Notes under the pieces: generated by a model
Told to the model about the DNA's origin: nothing
What the model saw: the letters and a program-made list of their open reading frames with translations, nothing else
The model's database searches: none
Made by a program: the position numbers and the translations under genes
Origin: Octopus vulgaris
Taxonomy: Eukaryota
Direction of reading: 5' to 3'
Assembly: GCA_951406725.2 (NCBI GenBank)
Contig: OX597820.1
Coordinates: 53,382,001-53,446,000 of the forward strand
DNA length: 64,000 bases
Shown here: one piece after another, positions 15,408-28,180 of the stretch
Numbering within the stretch: position 1 is the first letter of the stretch
Layout of the letters: every line of letters starts with the position of its first letter

Positions 15408-15634
15408 ATGAAAATGGTAAGGCAACAAAAGAATGAAAGAGACCTCGATATTATGTAAGTAGAGGAATTTATCTGTAAAAGTAATATGCGACAATTATTC
15501 GGAAGCCATGATTAAACTCCGAGTTTCGGATGCCGAGGTGGAAATCCACGCCGCTATCTCTTCAGTTATCTGGCCATCGGACCCGATAACTCTTTAGTTA
15601 CCTATTCCGAATAATTGTCACATGTTACTTTTAC

Positions 15635-15639
<5 letters not shown>
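15405..15639 (-). mobile_element. (TA)n-embedded fold-back element with a degenerate hammerhead (second copy at 42113-42240)
   Basis: Inverted repeat 15470-15504 / 15605-15639. The minus strand reads CTGAAGA-GAT...ATC-C-GAAA-CTCGGAG-TT. Confidence 0.65.
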
Positions 15640-15668
<29 letters not shown>

Positions 15669-15671
<3 letters not shown>

Positions 15672-15859
15672 TCCCGGGTTGAGTCGGGTTTAACCACAGT
15701 AAATAAGGTACTCAATACATAGCAGAGCAAATTAATTTATTTTATAGAAGGAGCTTCTACAGGACTAGAACTGTTTCATTCAAAAGAAATCATCAGGAAG
15801 CTTCCTGATGATTTCTTTTGAATGAAACAGTTCTAGTCCTGTAGAAGCTCCTTCTATAA

Positions 15860-15868
<9 letters not shown>
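15669..15868. mobile_element. 200-bp (TA)n-embedded hairpin element with a perfect 136-bp palindrome (copy 1)
   Basis: 15733-15800 is the exact reverse complement of 15801-15868 (centre AAG|CTT). A near-identical inverted copy lies at 55711-55910. Confidence 0.92.
15799..15849 (+). ncRNA. Type I hammerhead ribozyme (mirror copy on the minus strand at 15752-15802)
   Basis: AGCTTC-CTGATGA-T-TTC-TTTT-GAA-T-GAAA-CAG-TTCTAGTC-CTG-TA-GAAGCT: 6-bp stem I, intact core, stem III ACAG/CTGT, GUA triplet. Confidence 0.78.
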
Positions 15869-15910
<42 letters not shown>

Positions 15911-16012
15911 TGTCAATTATATGGAATATTGAAGTGCACATATCTATCTATTTATCTCTCTATCTATCTATCTAGCTAGCTAGCTAGCTAGGTATCTATC
16001 TACCTAACTATA

Positions 16013-16103
<91 letters not shown>

Positions 16104-16104
16104 G

Positions 16105-16186
<82 letters not shown>

Positions 16187-16189
<3 letters not shown>

Positions 16190-16325
16190 GGAAATTCACA
16201 AAAAAGCAAAAGACGAAGGCAGGTGGTGTAGACAACAAATAGATATGTATTGGTTTAACACTCGGAAAGTGAAAATGTCTTTAACGTTTTTCACAGAAAG
16301 GAACAGAGAAAGAAACAAGGAGAGA

Positions 16326-16326
<1 letters not shown>
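16187..16326 (-). mobile_element. (TA)n-embedded PLE-type pLTR fragment (family of 55953 and 58775) with hammerhead stem II deleted
   Basis: AAAAGACGAAGGCAGGTGG...GTCTTTAACGTTT|TTCACAGAAAGG...AGAAAGAAACAAGGAGAGAA aligns to 55953-56130 but lacks the CGAGCCTACGCTC segment. Confidence 0.7.
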
Positions 16327-16375
<49 letters not shown>

Positions 16376-16452
16376 TCCAGATTGTCTCGAATAATAAATT
16401 GTAAGCCTTGCATGCTAGTTACTATACAACAAGTTGTCAACTTGTGTGTGTG

Positions 16453-16522
<70 letters not shown>

Positions 16523-17530
16523 TGTGTGTGTGTGTACATATACACACATGTACCGACACACACACAGGCAGGTACATATATAAATACAGATATATAAATA
16601 TACATACCTCCATAATTCACGAAACATGACCCAATGACAATGTACGCGATAAATGGAGTATGGATGTCTAAAAACTGAAACTCAGTTTTAATGCATTTTC
16701 TTTTCTTTTTAGGGAACACCTCTCCAGTCACTGCGTCTAACTGTTCAATATTTATCAACTACATTAATGTTACTGCTTTATATATACATATATTATTTCA
16801 TATTGTGTATAGTATACTTCAATATATTTACTATATTATATCATATATAATACATCATATATACATATATATATATATTATATGCATTTTATATGATCTT
16901 AAATATATTATATAATATATATTACATATATATGATATATTATATATACATAGTGCATGTATACCTTATATATTATGCATACATACATACATACATACAT
17001 ACATACATACATACATACATACGTACACATACATACACACACTAATCAGGCGCTGCAACGCTTTCATTTTTGAGAAAAGACTGCGGGAATAAAAAAATAT
17101 TGCTGATAACACAACTCCATTTTCCTCTCTTTCTCTCCCTGTATCTCTCCCTCACTCCCTCACATTCTCATTCAATGTTACTCTCTCTCTCTTCCCTCTC
17201 TTTCCTTATCTCCTTAAGTATACGAAAATAATGTAATATGTGTTTTGGAATCAATATAAATTGCAAAATTGAATTCGCACTTTACGTAGCGTAGCAACAA
17301 ACCAACATCAGCAAGCCAAAGAGAGAATCTCTAAATGGTTGGTCTTTCTCCCAGAAGCAGCAACCAAATTTCCTTCACATTACATGCCTGCCGTCTAAAA
17401 TAAGTGAAAGTCACATAGGAAAAATCAGTCCTAGATATACTCCTAAAACTATCAGACATAACTTGAATTTTATTCATTAATATCTGCTCAATCGGGTTTC
17501 AGCTGGGCCCACACAACAGCAGCAGCAACA

Positions 17531-17873
17531 GGAGGTGCAGTGGCCCAATGGTTAGTGCAGCGGACTCGCGGTCGGAGGATTGCGGTTTCGATTCCCAGAC
17601 CGGTCGTTGTGTGTGTTTTTTGAGCGAAAACACCTGAAGCTCCACGAGGCTTAGGCAGAGGGTGGTGGCGACCCCTGTTGTACTCTTTCGCTCCCACTTT
17701 CTCTCACTCTTTCTTCCTGTTTCTTGTCCCCGACTTCCTACGCCAGCGCTGAGCCTGGATGTGCATTCGTCCATCCGTCATGCTCTCGGTGTCAGGGGTT
17801 GACCTGCTTTCTCTTCTGCGGGTGTTACGAATAGCAAAGGACCACGTTGCACACTTCTCCGCTCGCTCAACAT
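17531..17873 (+). mobile_element. SINE family C with a tRNA(Arg)-like head and a 17-bp TSD
   Basis: The head GCAGTGGCCCAATGGTTAGTGCAGCGGACTCGCGGTCGGAGGATTGCGGTTTCGATTCCC has A/B boxes. CAACAGCAGCAGCAACA occurs at 17514-17530 and 17874-17890. Confidence 0.8.
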
Positions 17874-18246
17874 CAACAGCAGCAGCAACAATACCATCTA
17901 TTATTAGCCAAAAGGGAAGTAACACGCCTAGAATACCACCCGGGATCTATATGATAAACCGCTGCCTACAAGCCTACGAAGGATCCTCTATGTATTTTTC
18001 ACATTCTTGTAGAAGCAGCAACCAAATATATATGCGTTATAGATGTAAATTTTGTTCCATATACGATACACTAACACAAAGTTTGTGCTCATATGGTAGT
18101 GTTCACAGAAGTACTCTACTAAGCTAAACCGTGGTATATCTCACATGCGTAGGCAAGAGTAGTTCGAATAACTATAACTATTATCAAACATCTGTTTTGA
18201 TTTATTTCTTAGATACAGAGTTAATGGAGAATTCCTTTTAATAAAT

Positions 18247-18600
18247 GCGAGCTGGCAGAAACGTTAGCGCGCCGGGCGAAATGCTTAGCGGTATTTCGTC
18301 TGCCGTTACGTTCTGAGTTCAAATTCCGCCGAGGTTGACCTTGCCTTTCATCCTTTCGGGGTCGATTAAATAAGTACCAGTTACACACTGAGGTCGTTTG
18401 TCTGTCCTTGTTTTTCCTCTCTGTGTTTAGTCCCTTGTGGGTAGTAAAGAAATAGGTATTTCGTCTGCCGCTACGTTCAAATTCTGCCGAGGTCGACTTT
18501 GCCTTTCATCTTTTCATTTAATACCAGTTGCGTACTGGGGTCGATCTAATCGACTGACACCCTCCCCCCAAATTTCGGGCATTGTGCCTTGAGTAGAAAA
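18247..18600 (+). mobile_element. Partially dimeric SINE family B copy
   Basis: Same head and body duplication as 4342-4758. Confidence 0.85.
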
Positions 18601-18669
18601 GTATATATCTAAAACAATATATCTGTAGATTACATATTTAGTTGTTTCAATGACCAATCATTAATAACC

Positions 18670-18862
18670 ATTTCTTACTTTGGCACAAGACAAGCAATTC
18701 TGATGGTTGCTCAAGAGTCCAATTGGTACTTATTTTATCGATCCTGAAAGGATGAAAGATAAAGTCGACCCCGGCAGCATTTAAACTCAGAACGTAAAGT
18801 TAGAAGAAAAACCGTCAAGTATTTTGTCCGTCGCTGTGACGACTCTGTCACATCACCGGCTT
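18670..18862 (-). mobile_element. Diverged SINE family B copy
   Basis: TGGTACTTATTTTATCGATCCTGAAAGGATGAAAGATAAAGTCGACC...AACTCAGAACGTAAAG. Confidence 0.7.
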
Positions 18863-18929
18863 ACTAAGCATTAACACTGACAAAAACTAATACCAAACCT
18901 CACAGCTATTAACTGATGCCTCAAGATAC

Positions 18930-19270
18930 AAGGATCGCTGAGTGGTTAATATGTTCGCTTCGCAGATATGAGATAGTGGTTTCGATCTTACTTCATGATT
19001 ACATAGATAGGTACTTTCATTTTTTTTCGTTTGTTTTTTAGCTGTAACTTGTCAATGAAATTGATTGACGCAACCCATATAAAAGCCTATTGGACTGATA
19101 CTGCTTGTAATTCAAAGGTTCATTGTTCGTTGTTACATACTGCATCATGCTCATTCGGCCTGCCATCAAAGGCACATGTGTCTGTGGAATATTCAGCACC
19201 TTGCATGGTAATTTAAAGGTGCTTAGTCAAGATGATCGAAGAGTTGAATGGTCATCGTCGAAACCAACTA
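18930..19270 (+). mobile_element. Highly diverged SINE family D copy
   Basis: GAGTGGTTA...GGTTTCGAT head and TGTGTCTGTGGAATATTCAGC...TCATCGTCG tail, similar to the other D copies. Confidence 0.45.
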
Positions 19271-19630
19271 AAGACTCATCCTCATGGCTAGTTCTATGAA
19301 GTCTTGATATTAATAGTCACTACATTGCATGTCTGATGAGAATTAATGAGAAGCAGAAGCATCAGTTCCACTGTAATCGCTCACAATAAGGACAGTAATT
19401 ATAAGAAGCATCCAGTGAGAGAAACACCACGTGGTAGATTACCTTCTAGAAATGGCAATCAAATTGACTCAAATAATTATTTACCATCTTAAACGATTTA
19501 TCCCAAAGTTTACAAATGTAAACCTTACAAAATATTTATTACAAGGCAGATCATTGTGAAAAGTAATACACACATGTACGAGGGCTAGTAATTCGTTTTG
19601 GGTAGAAAATCAGATTATTGTGGTCATATT

Positions 19631-19936
19631 GGCGCAAGAGTGGCTGTGTGGTAAGTAGCTTGCTTACAAACCACATCGTTCTGGGTTCAGTCCCACTGCG
19701 TGGCAACTTGGGCAAGTGTCTTCTACTATAGCCTCGGGCCGACCAAAGCCTTGTGAGTGGATTTCGTAGACGGAACAGGAAGAAGCCTGTCGTATATATA
19801 GAGAGATTAATCAGCCGAAATTGCGAGGATGATCCGGTTCTTGACTGAAGATTGAAGACTTCGAATGTCCCGTCCGTGTTTTTTACATCGTCTTCTAAAT
19901 GTTTTGCGTTCTTGTCCCAGTTTGTATTTTTTTACA

Positions 19937-20008
<72 letters not shown>

Positions 20009-20357
20009 TATATACATAAATATATATACATATATATACATATATATATATACATACATATATATACATATATATACATATATATATATGCATACATATA
20101 TGTGAAAAAACAAGTCAAAAATAGAAAATGCTAAGATGATTTTATAGTGAATCTTTCAGTACCGGTTTCGGTCATTTTGAGACCTTTTCAACTGTAACGA
20201 TTAAATAATTAAATTTAGAAAAATTTAGAAAAATTAGAAGAAAGGTTTTTTTAAAGGAATACTTCCATAGTAGTGTTCAGATATAGGTGGCATTCTGCCT
20301 TTCTCTGACTCCCTTGTTTGCACTTGTGTATTCGAGGTCGTTGTATATATATGCATG

Positions 20358-20393
<36 letters not shown>

Positions 20394-20408
20394 CATGCAT
20401 ATATGTAC

Positions 20409-20452
<44 letters not shown>

Positions 20453-20592
20453 GTATGTATATATATGTATGTATGTATATATATATATATGTATATATAT
20501 ATGTATATATATGTATATATATATGTATATATATGTATATATATACATATATATACATATATATACATATATATATACATACATATATATAC

Positions 20593-20628
<36 letters not shown>

Positions 20629-20652
20629 ATACATATATATATATACATATAT

Positions 20653-20697
<45 letters not shown>

Positions 20698-20725
20698 CAT
20701 ACATATATATACATACATATATATG

Positions 20726-20758
<33 letters not shown>

Positions 20759-20797
20759 GTATATATATATGTATATATATATGTATATATATGCATG

Positions 20798-20833
<36 letters not shown>

Positions 20834-20848
20834 CATGCATATATGTAC

Positions 20849-20896
<48 letters not shown>

Positions 20897-21241
20897 GTAT
20901 ATATATGTATGTATGTATATATATATATATGTATATATATATGTATATATATGTATATATATATGTATATATATGTATATATATATGTATGTATATGTAT
21001 ATATATATATATATATATATGTATGAGTGTATATATGTTTGTGTGTCTGTGTTTGTCCCCCCAACATCGCTTGAGACAACCGATGCTGGTGGGTTTATGT
21101 CCCTGTAACTTAGCGGTTCGGCCTAAGAGACCGATATAATAAGAGCTAGACTTACACAGAATAAGTCCTGGAGGCGATTTGCTCGACTAAAGGTGGTACT
21201 CCAGCATGGCCGCACTGAAATGATTGAAACAAGTAAAGAGT
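19631..21241 (+). mobile_element. SINE family A copy expanded to ~1.6 kb by nested insertions into its internal (TA)n
   Basis: Head 19631-19793 and tail ~21039-21241, with unrelated inserts at 19803-19935 and 20101-20343 plus an expanded microsatellite between them. Confidence 0.8.
20101..20343 (-). mobile_element. (TA)n-embedded PLE-type fragment with a degenerate hammerhead
   Basis: Minus strand CAG-TTGAAAA-GGTC-TCAAAAT-GACC-GAAA-CCGG-TA-CTG (20157-20194). Related to the arms of the 24495-24933 fold-back. Confidence 0.6.
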
Positions 21242-21836
21242 ATTTAATTTTCTCTTTAAGTAAACTTGAAAAAATGAAAACACGAAAATACAAAAATCAT
21301 ATTTCATTTGTTGCAAAACTATTTTATAAACATGTTGCTATTATGCAAAAGTGTCGTAAGTCCAAAACGTTGCTTTTTCAGAAAACGAAAAAAATAGTTT
21401 CACCGTTCAGTAGCAAAACCATTGCACTACACTTTGACATGTTTTGATACCTTGGCATCTGAAGCAACCTGGAAATACGATAGCTTGACCAAAATATTCG
21501 GTTACTGCAAGCAAAAATAAATATTGAAAAAACCCATTGGGCAAATTTGGATATACGCCAGTTTATTATCATAGCAACGATGTATTTTTTTTTGTTTAGG
21601 TGATGGTGTAAAAGAAATAGAATTTTTTTCAGAGTTACAACACACATGCAATTTTCTGACTCTTGACTTTGCATCATCCCAATGCCGACAAATGTAGACT
21701 CTTGGAGAAATCAGGGAATTTTAAAGTCAATCAAGTTGAAATTTTACCGATATTTAAGTTTGATATAAACAGGCTTGAGTTCATAATTTTGCAGATTTTG
21801 ATGGATTCCTTTTGCCCTTGGGATAATAAGGGTTAA
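21242..21836. mobile_element. Possible DNA transposon remnant ending in a piggyBac-like AAGGGTTAA terminus
   Basis: Only one terminus (…ATAAGGGTTAA, ~21826-21836) is recognisable. Confidence 0.25.
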
Positions 21837-21974
21837 AAACTCAAAGAACATTGGATAACATAGAGGTGAAAATATAAAAATGCGATATGGTCATTGATGG
21901 ACTGGCTTTTGTCATAGATTTACTCAATCTGGATATATATTTTTGGACGTTATGTTGAAGTAACATCGCTATTT

Positions 21975-22465
21975 GGATGCAGGCATAGCTTCATGGTTAA
22001 GAAGCTCGCTTTGCAACCATGTGGTTTCGGGTTCAGTCCCACTACGTAGAATCTTAGGGAAGTGTCTTCCAATATAGCCCCCAGACAACCAGTCTTGTGA
22101 GTTAATTTGGTAGACAGAAAATGTGTGGAAGCCCATCGTATATTCATACACACACATATGTGGGTGCACGTGAGTGTCTTTTTATTTGTGTTGCTTCTCA
22201 CACATTCGCACACATACACACAACACACACACACAACACATACGCACAACACACACACACACAACACACAACACGCATACAGATTCAGTTTAACAACCGG
22301 TTTTTGGTGTTTTACATACCCATTATTTAGCGGCTCGACCAAACAGACTGATAGAGCAATAACTCGAGTATCAAAATGAATGCTGGGTCGATTTGTTCGA
22401 CTAAAGGCTTCAAGTACCCCGGCATGACTGCATTTCAATGACTGAAGCAAGTAACTGATAAAAGA
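21975..22465 (+). mobile_element. Diverged SINE family A copy
   Basis: GCAACCATGTGGTTTCGGGTTCAGTCCCACTACG head and GTCGATTTGTTCGACTAAAGG...AATGACTGAAGCAAGTAA tail. Confidence 0.75.
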
Positions 22466-23755
22466 CGTTATGTCTATGAATGTCTTGAATTAACTAGTTC
22501 ATTGAGACGTTGAATAGAACAGCTTGCGGTATTCATTCCATCTTTCTGGGTTCAATCCAACTTGGGCCTATTTCGTGTTTTATTCTTTCAAGATCGATAT
22601 AAGTTACCAGCACAATGCATTAGACTGAATGCACTGTTAGTGATACCACACAGTATTCCGGCTCTTTACATCTTGAGTTTAAATTCAACCACGTTTGTCC
22701 CACGTTTGTCCCACGATAGTCCAATCTAGTAAGGTCACAACGATAACCCGTTAACGGCCAACAGGTTTTACTCGGCAACAGATAAGCAACAGTTGATTGA
22801 GAATATATGATTAAATTTATACAGATAGAATTAATATATAATCGCTAAAATAATTAATGATGGCTATAATCTCTGACTCAAGGCCATGCACTGGGTGGTG
22901 AAAGAAGACATTCAATTAAATCGATCTCAATATTTGCAAATTATTTCATTAACGCTGGAAAAATATAAATAAAGCTTAGTCTAGCTCCGATATATTTGAA
23001 CTCAGGACATAAAGACACGTAACTCATTACCACAAGGGACTTGTTCCCCTTGTAATACTTCTTCCTGCCAACACCTGCTCATTATTACTCATTATTGACA
23101 TTAATCGATGAATCAATTAATCAATTAATCCAGCAATAAAACTAGCAACACAAAGCTATAATTAGATGACAATCTAGTGGGATTCTTAATAAAAGTTATT
23201 TCATTTACACATCTAAATGTATGTTTTTGTTTAAACTCTTGCTACACTTATCTGCTAAATGCCTAATACCTCAGGGGAATCACTTGAACGTCTAAACATC
23301 CCATGGCATAAAGCATATAGTCTTTCAAATCAAACAAACCCAATCTCTAAGTTGAAAGAAAAGATGCCAAAGTTCAGATGTTGATATGTCAGTTGTTTGA
23401 TCAAAGTATTGTAGCTCAATTTATACCTTCTTCCCTTACACTCCACAACACTAACTTCTATCAGGCTATTTATCTCTGCTGATTCCTGTTTAGTCATCTG
23501 CACATTAGCTTGCGTACAAGAATGCATAATGTAATTACGAAATATTGTCCTTTATGCTGTTAATCTGTTATAATTAACAGCATTTATATTCATTACCGTT
23601 GTAGTTTTCTTCATATTAGCAATAATCACCACGTGCACCCGGGGGGTTTTCTCATTAGCAGAAAACCGCAAATTGATAGGGAAAATGGTGTGTTATCAAA
23701 TGAATTAGTTGCAGGATATTACTGGTACAAGTTTTAAAGATCTGAATGAAGAATG

Positions 23756-23865
23756 CTTCTTCTTCTTCTTCTTCTTCTTCTTCTTCTTCTTCTTCTTCTT
23801 CTTCTTCTTCTTCTTCTTCTTCTTCTTCTTCTTCTTCTTCTTCTTCTTCTTCTTCTTCTTCTTCT
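23756..23865. repeat. Pure (CTT)n microsatellite
   Basis: Seen directly. Confidence 0.97.
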
Positions 23866-24299
23866 GCTAATGCCATTTACATCGACCACACTTTATAGGA
23901 ATATTAAACGATTCCAGTATTTGGCTAATACTTTACAGAGTCAACCTAGGAGCAATAAAAGACAGTCGACCCCCAACGGTTTTCGAATTCTGTATGTGAA
24001 AGATATTCGTACATCTAAAAGCTTTAACGCATTTTATCTCCTGTTTAGCAAGTCAGCCATTCCACTACACTAAATCGATGCTTTTAATGCTTCAATTCAA
24101 AACTGAAGTGCACAAACCAGATACTATTATGCATTTAGTCCGTTGTGGTTCCAGTTCCTATTCACCCGACTTCATTACTTTTGTTTCAATCACAATATCA
24201 CCGTTTGTTGGATCACATTTGGCGCGAGATCTACTCATGTCGGCGTTCAGCATGTTACTTCATACAAGTTTTCTTGCATATATATATAAAAAATGCATC

Positions 24300-24455
24300 T
24301 GGAAGTGTGGTAAGAAGTTTGTTTCCCAACCATATGGTTCTGGGTTCAGTCTCACGGCGTTGCACCTTGGGCAAGTGCCGTGTTTTCTAATATAGCCCCG
24401 GACCGACAAAAGCCTCGTGAGTCGATTTGGTGAACGGAATCTAAAAAGAGCCCTT

Positions 24456-24460
<5 letters not shown>
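24300..24460 (+). mobile_element. SINE family A 5' half
   Basis: GTGTGGTAAGAAG...GGGTTCAGTCTCAC...CACCTTGGGCAAGTG. Confidence 0.75.
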
Positions 24461-24494
<34 letters not shown>

Positions 24495-24497
<3 letters not shown>

Positions 24498-24933
24498 GAA
24501 AATAGGACAAGGTAGAAAATGCTAAAAGAATTTTATCATGAAGAACATTTTAGTACCGGTTTCAGTCTTTGCGAATTTCTCAACTTAAAGTAAAGAATGA
24601 AAAGCAATTAAATTGTGGAAAAATTAAATGAAATGTTTTTAAAATATTTCCATAGATTTCAAAGACAAGAATTCATACCAAACTAGCTGCTACTAACTAC
24701 CTAGAATCCACAAGAGTAACAAAGAGAGACAGAGACAGACTGGAAAAAGGAAAATGTACCTTGCATTTGAAAACGATAGAAATATTTTTTAAAAAACATT
24801 TCATTTAATTTTTCCACAATTTAATTGTTTTTCATGCTTTACTCCAAGTTGAAAAAGTCGAAAAGTCTGAAACGGGTGCTAAAATGTTCATGATAAAATT
24901 ATTTTAGCATTTTCTACCGTGTCATATTTTCCT
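24495..24933. mobile_element. (TA)n-adjacent fold-back element with ~155-bp imperfect arms and ~125-bp spacer; degenerate hammerhead in each arm
   Basis: 24495-24650 is the reverse complement of 24779-24933. The plus arm reads AG-TTGAAAA-AG...CT-GAAA-CGGG-TG-CT. Confidence 0.75.
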
Positions 24934-24987
24934 TATACATATCAACTCGTGTGTTCTTTTCCAACCTTCTACATATATATGCGCGCG

Positions 24988-25021
<34 letters not shown>

Positions 25022-25221
25022 CATGCGGATTCTATGAATGCAGTATTACTTTCACCATGCCTATTGGAGTCATTTCCCTTTATTTAACGGGGTTTTTTTT
25101 CATACCGTTTTGTCTTAATAACTGATGAGATGCCAGAGCAGACTTCATCTCCGTATCCAATATCCTGAGTTTTATTATGACAACCAACTAGTTGTCACAC
25201 ATATTATTTTTATATATATGC

Positions 25222-25261
<40 letters not shown>

Positions 25262-25265
<4 letters not shown>

Positions 25266-25500
25266 TTTTATCTTATTTGTTTCAGTCATTTGACTGCGAT
25301 CATGCTGGAGCACCACCTTTAGTCGAACAAATCGACCCTAGGCCTTATTATGTAAGCCTGATACTTTTACTGTTGGTCTCGTTTTCTGAACCGCTAGATT
25401 ATGGGGACGTAAAAGCACTAACATCGGCTGTCAAGCGATGGTGGGGAGACAAGCACAGACACACAAATGCATACATACACACACATGCACACACACACGC
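25262..25500 (-). mobile_element. SINE family A 3' half
   Basis: TTGTTTCAGTCATTTGACTGCGATCATGCTGGAGCACCACCTTTAGTCGAACAAATCGACCC. Confidence 0.75.
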
Positions 25501-25544
25501 ACAAACATATATATATATATCAAAATAATGTTATAGATTATAAT

Positions 25545-25840
25545 ACGACGACGAGAGAGCTCTTTGATCCAGTCAGCGGAACAACCTGCTCGCGAAATTT
25601 ATAAATGGTTGAGCACTCCACTTACACACGTACCCATAACGTACTTCTGAGGGAGATTCAACGTGACACAGAATGGGACAAGGCTGGACCTTTGAAATAC
25701 AGGTGTAATTCCTTTTTGTCAGTTGAATGGACTGGAGCAACAAGAAATAAAGCGCTTAGCTCAAGAACATAGCTGAGTATCGAACTCATGACCTTATGAT
25801 CATGAACCGAATACCCTAACCACTAAGCTAAGCGCCTTCA
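25545..25840 (-). mobile_element. SINE family D (tRNA-like head plus conserved core)
   Basis: Minus-strand head TGTGAAGGCGCTTAGCTTAGTGGTTAGGGTATTCGG...GAGTTCGAT. Homologous to 42700-43020 and 44235-44450. Confidence 0.75.
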
Positions 25841-26164
25841 CAAGCTAAGTACTGAGATTGATTCTTCTCTTTTCTCTTGCGTTCTCTCTTCCTATCTGTT
25901 GTCTTGTTTTCGATTTCTCCGTCTCCCTCTTGTTCCTCTCTCTCCCTGAATCAGATACATTGTGCCATAAGGAGATTCGTAAGAGACCAATCACAGTATA
26001 TCTTTTTTTAGAAATGCAGATGGGTTGAATGATGTATGAGCAACCTCTTATTATAGATTTGCTATAGGATTTATCCAAGGCCTGTTCGATATGCGATACC
26101 ATAAGGACGGATTTAAAGAAAAATAAAACTCGAATATGATTCCGTGCTCTTATCAATTATGCCC

Positions 26165-26380
26165 AAGGCGGCTAGCTGGCAGAATTGTTAAAGCGCTGGA
26201 CAAAATGCTTATCGACAATTCGTCCATCTTGGCGTTCTGATTTCAAATTCAGACGATGTGTACTTTGTCTTTCATCCTTTTGAATCGATGCAGTAAGTGC
26301 TACTTGAACACTGGGGTTGTTGTAATCCACTCTCCCCGACCCTAAAGTTCCAGGACTTGTGCCTATAGTAGAAAGGATTA
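26165..26380 (+). mobile_element. SINE family B copy
   Basis: AAGGCGGCTAGCTGGCAGAATTGTTA...TTTCATCCTTT...TAGTAGAAAGGATTA. Confidence 0.75.
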
Positions 26381-27081
26381 TGAAATATGTCCTGTACGTA
26401 ATTTCAGGGGTGTTTTGCCTACTACTTCAAGCAGGACAACTGACTTCATAGACAATCTCTCATTGAATTAATATTGATATATTTCAGTGAAATGACTAGT
26501 TATGAACTAAGCATAAAATAACCGAGCAGCCTGGCCAAAAAATATTTTACTTAGAGTCTGTGCAACTTTCTCGTTTTACATATTCAGATACAAAGTATAT
26601 AGAAAGAATTATCACCGGACTTAGTTACGTAGTAATGGTCGGTAGATAACTGTGGAGCAAGTTTGTCTGAAGGTTATACCCTATTGAAACTTAAAAAGGT
26701 ATAGCGTGATGACTTTTAATATATCACCGTCGTGATCAAGCGCAACGACTTCTCTGAGAAAATAGAAATAGCCACTAAATTCCCTAACTCTCACACCTCT
26801 ATTTTCACAATGTAGTCCTGCACACTCAAAATGACAGGTTAGGCAAGGCTGTAACGTCTTTGATCACAGGAATGTTGAAGCATGACCAACCAGTGGCTGA
26901 TAAATATTATGAATAACATAACAACCGCTCTCAGATTGTCCTCATCTCTTTACTTCTCTCTCTCTCTCTCTCTCACTCTTTGTCTCGTTACCTCTCTTCC
27001 ATTCTGTTTTCACCTCTTTACTTCTTTCTTTCTCTCTGCCTTCAATTCTTTATCACCCTTTCTCTCTTCTCCCCCCTCCCC

Positions 27082-27122
<41 letters not shown>

Positions 27123-27528
27123 TTATGGTAGATCTATTTATCGATGATATTTGTTGATCTATTTATCGATTTATCTATCTATCTTTATCGCACACTATTC
27201 ATGCATATAATCAACCGGTAATCAATAACAGAGCTACTCCGAACTCCCATAAATCCCAAGTGAAATCAACACAAATTCTTCACACTTTAGAAAAAGGTAA
27301 AGAATGATGCATTCTCTCCCTAAACAGTTGTCACACACTGTTGACAAATATAGGGAGAAAAGCGAATCTTTTGCTCTCACATTCAAGCATATTCTCACAT
27401 AAGATATACAACAACCGCTTTGATGCCCTTCTGGTTCAACTCACAGAAAGTTTAGCTGCGCTACAAAGACCTTTGATCTTCTAAACTTATTGTCTGCATT
27501 CCATCACAATCCTTTCTATCCTCACTGT

Positions 27529-27570
<42 letters not shown>

Positions 27571-27574
<4 letters not shown>

Positions 27575-28180
27575 CAGCTAAATTTAGATTCAGATGAATA
27601 TGGTACTTATGTTAAAGGCACCAGAATTTGGTATGGTATTATCCATATAAATCAAATGGGGCGATTATAATCAAAATAAGCAACAGGGATATCCAAGGTA
27701 GTGTAGTACAATAGTTTCATGCTACTTCACTTTATTAAACACTGTAAGTATTACATCAGTTTTAAAATGTCGAGCAATCTTCAGCCACATATAGAATTTT
27801 TTAATTAAACGGACAATGCACATTTTTTAATACTTATTTCATTTGCCAACATTACAAAGAGGGTAGATATATTGACAGGGAGGTTAATTTTCATCAATAA
27901 GAATGATGATATAAAATCTACAGATGGAGAAGGACATACTACCACCATGTTCTTAATAATGAAATTCACCTCCCTGTCTATATATCTACTCTCTTTGTAA
28001 AGTTGGCAAATGAAATAAGTATTAAAAAATGTGCATTGTCCGTTTAATTAAAAAATTCTATATGTGGCTGAAGATTGCTCGACATTTTAAAACTGATGTA
28101 ATACTTACAGTGTTTAATAAAATGAAGTAGCATGAAACGATTGTACTACACTACCTTGGATATCCTTGTTGCTTATTTTG

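Noticed and set aside
17531-17600. tRNA-like sequence (also the heads at 14183, 39367, 51424 and 42945-43020)
   Set aside because: No complete cloverleaf or acceptor stem. Each continues into a SINE body, and one has a TSD.
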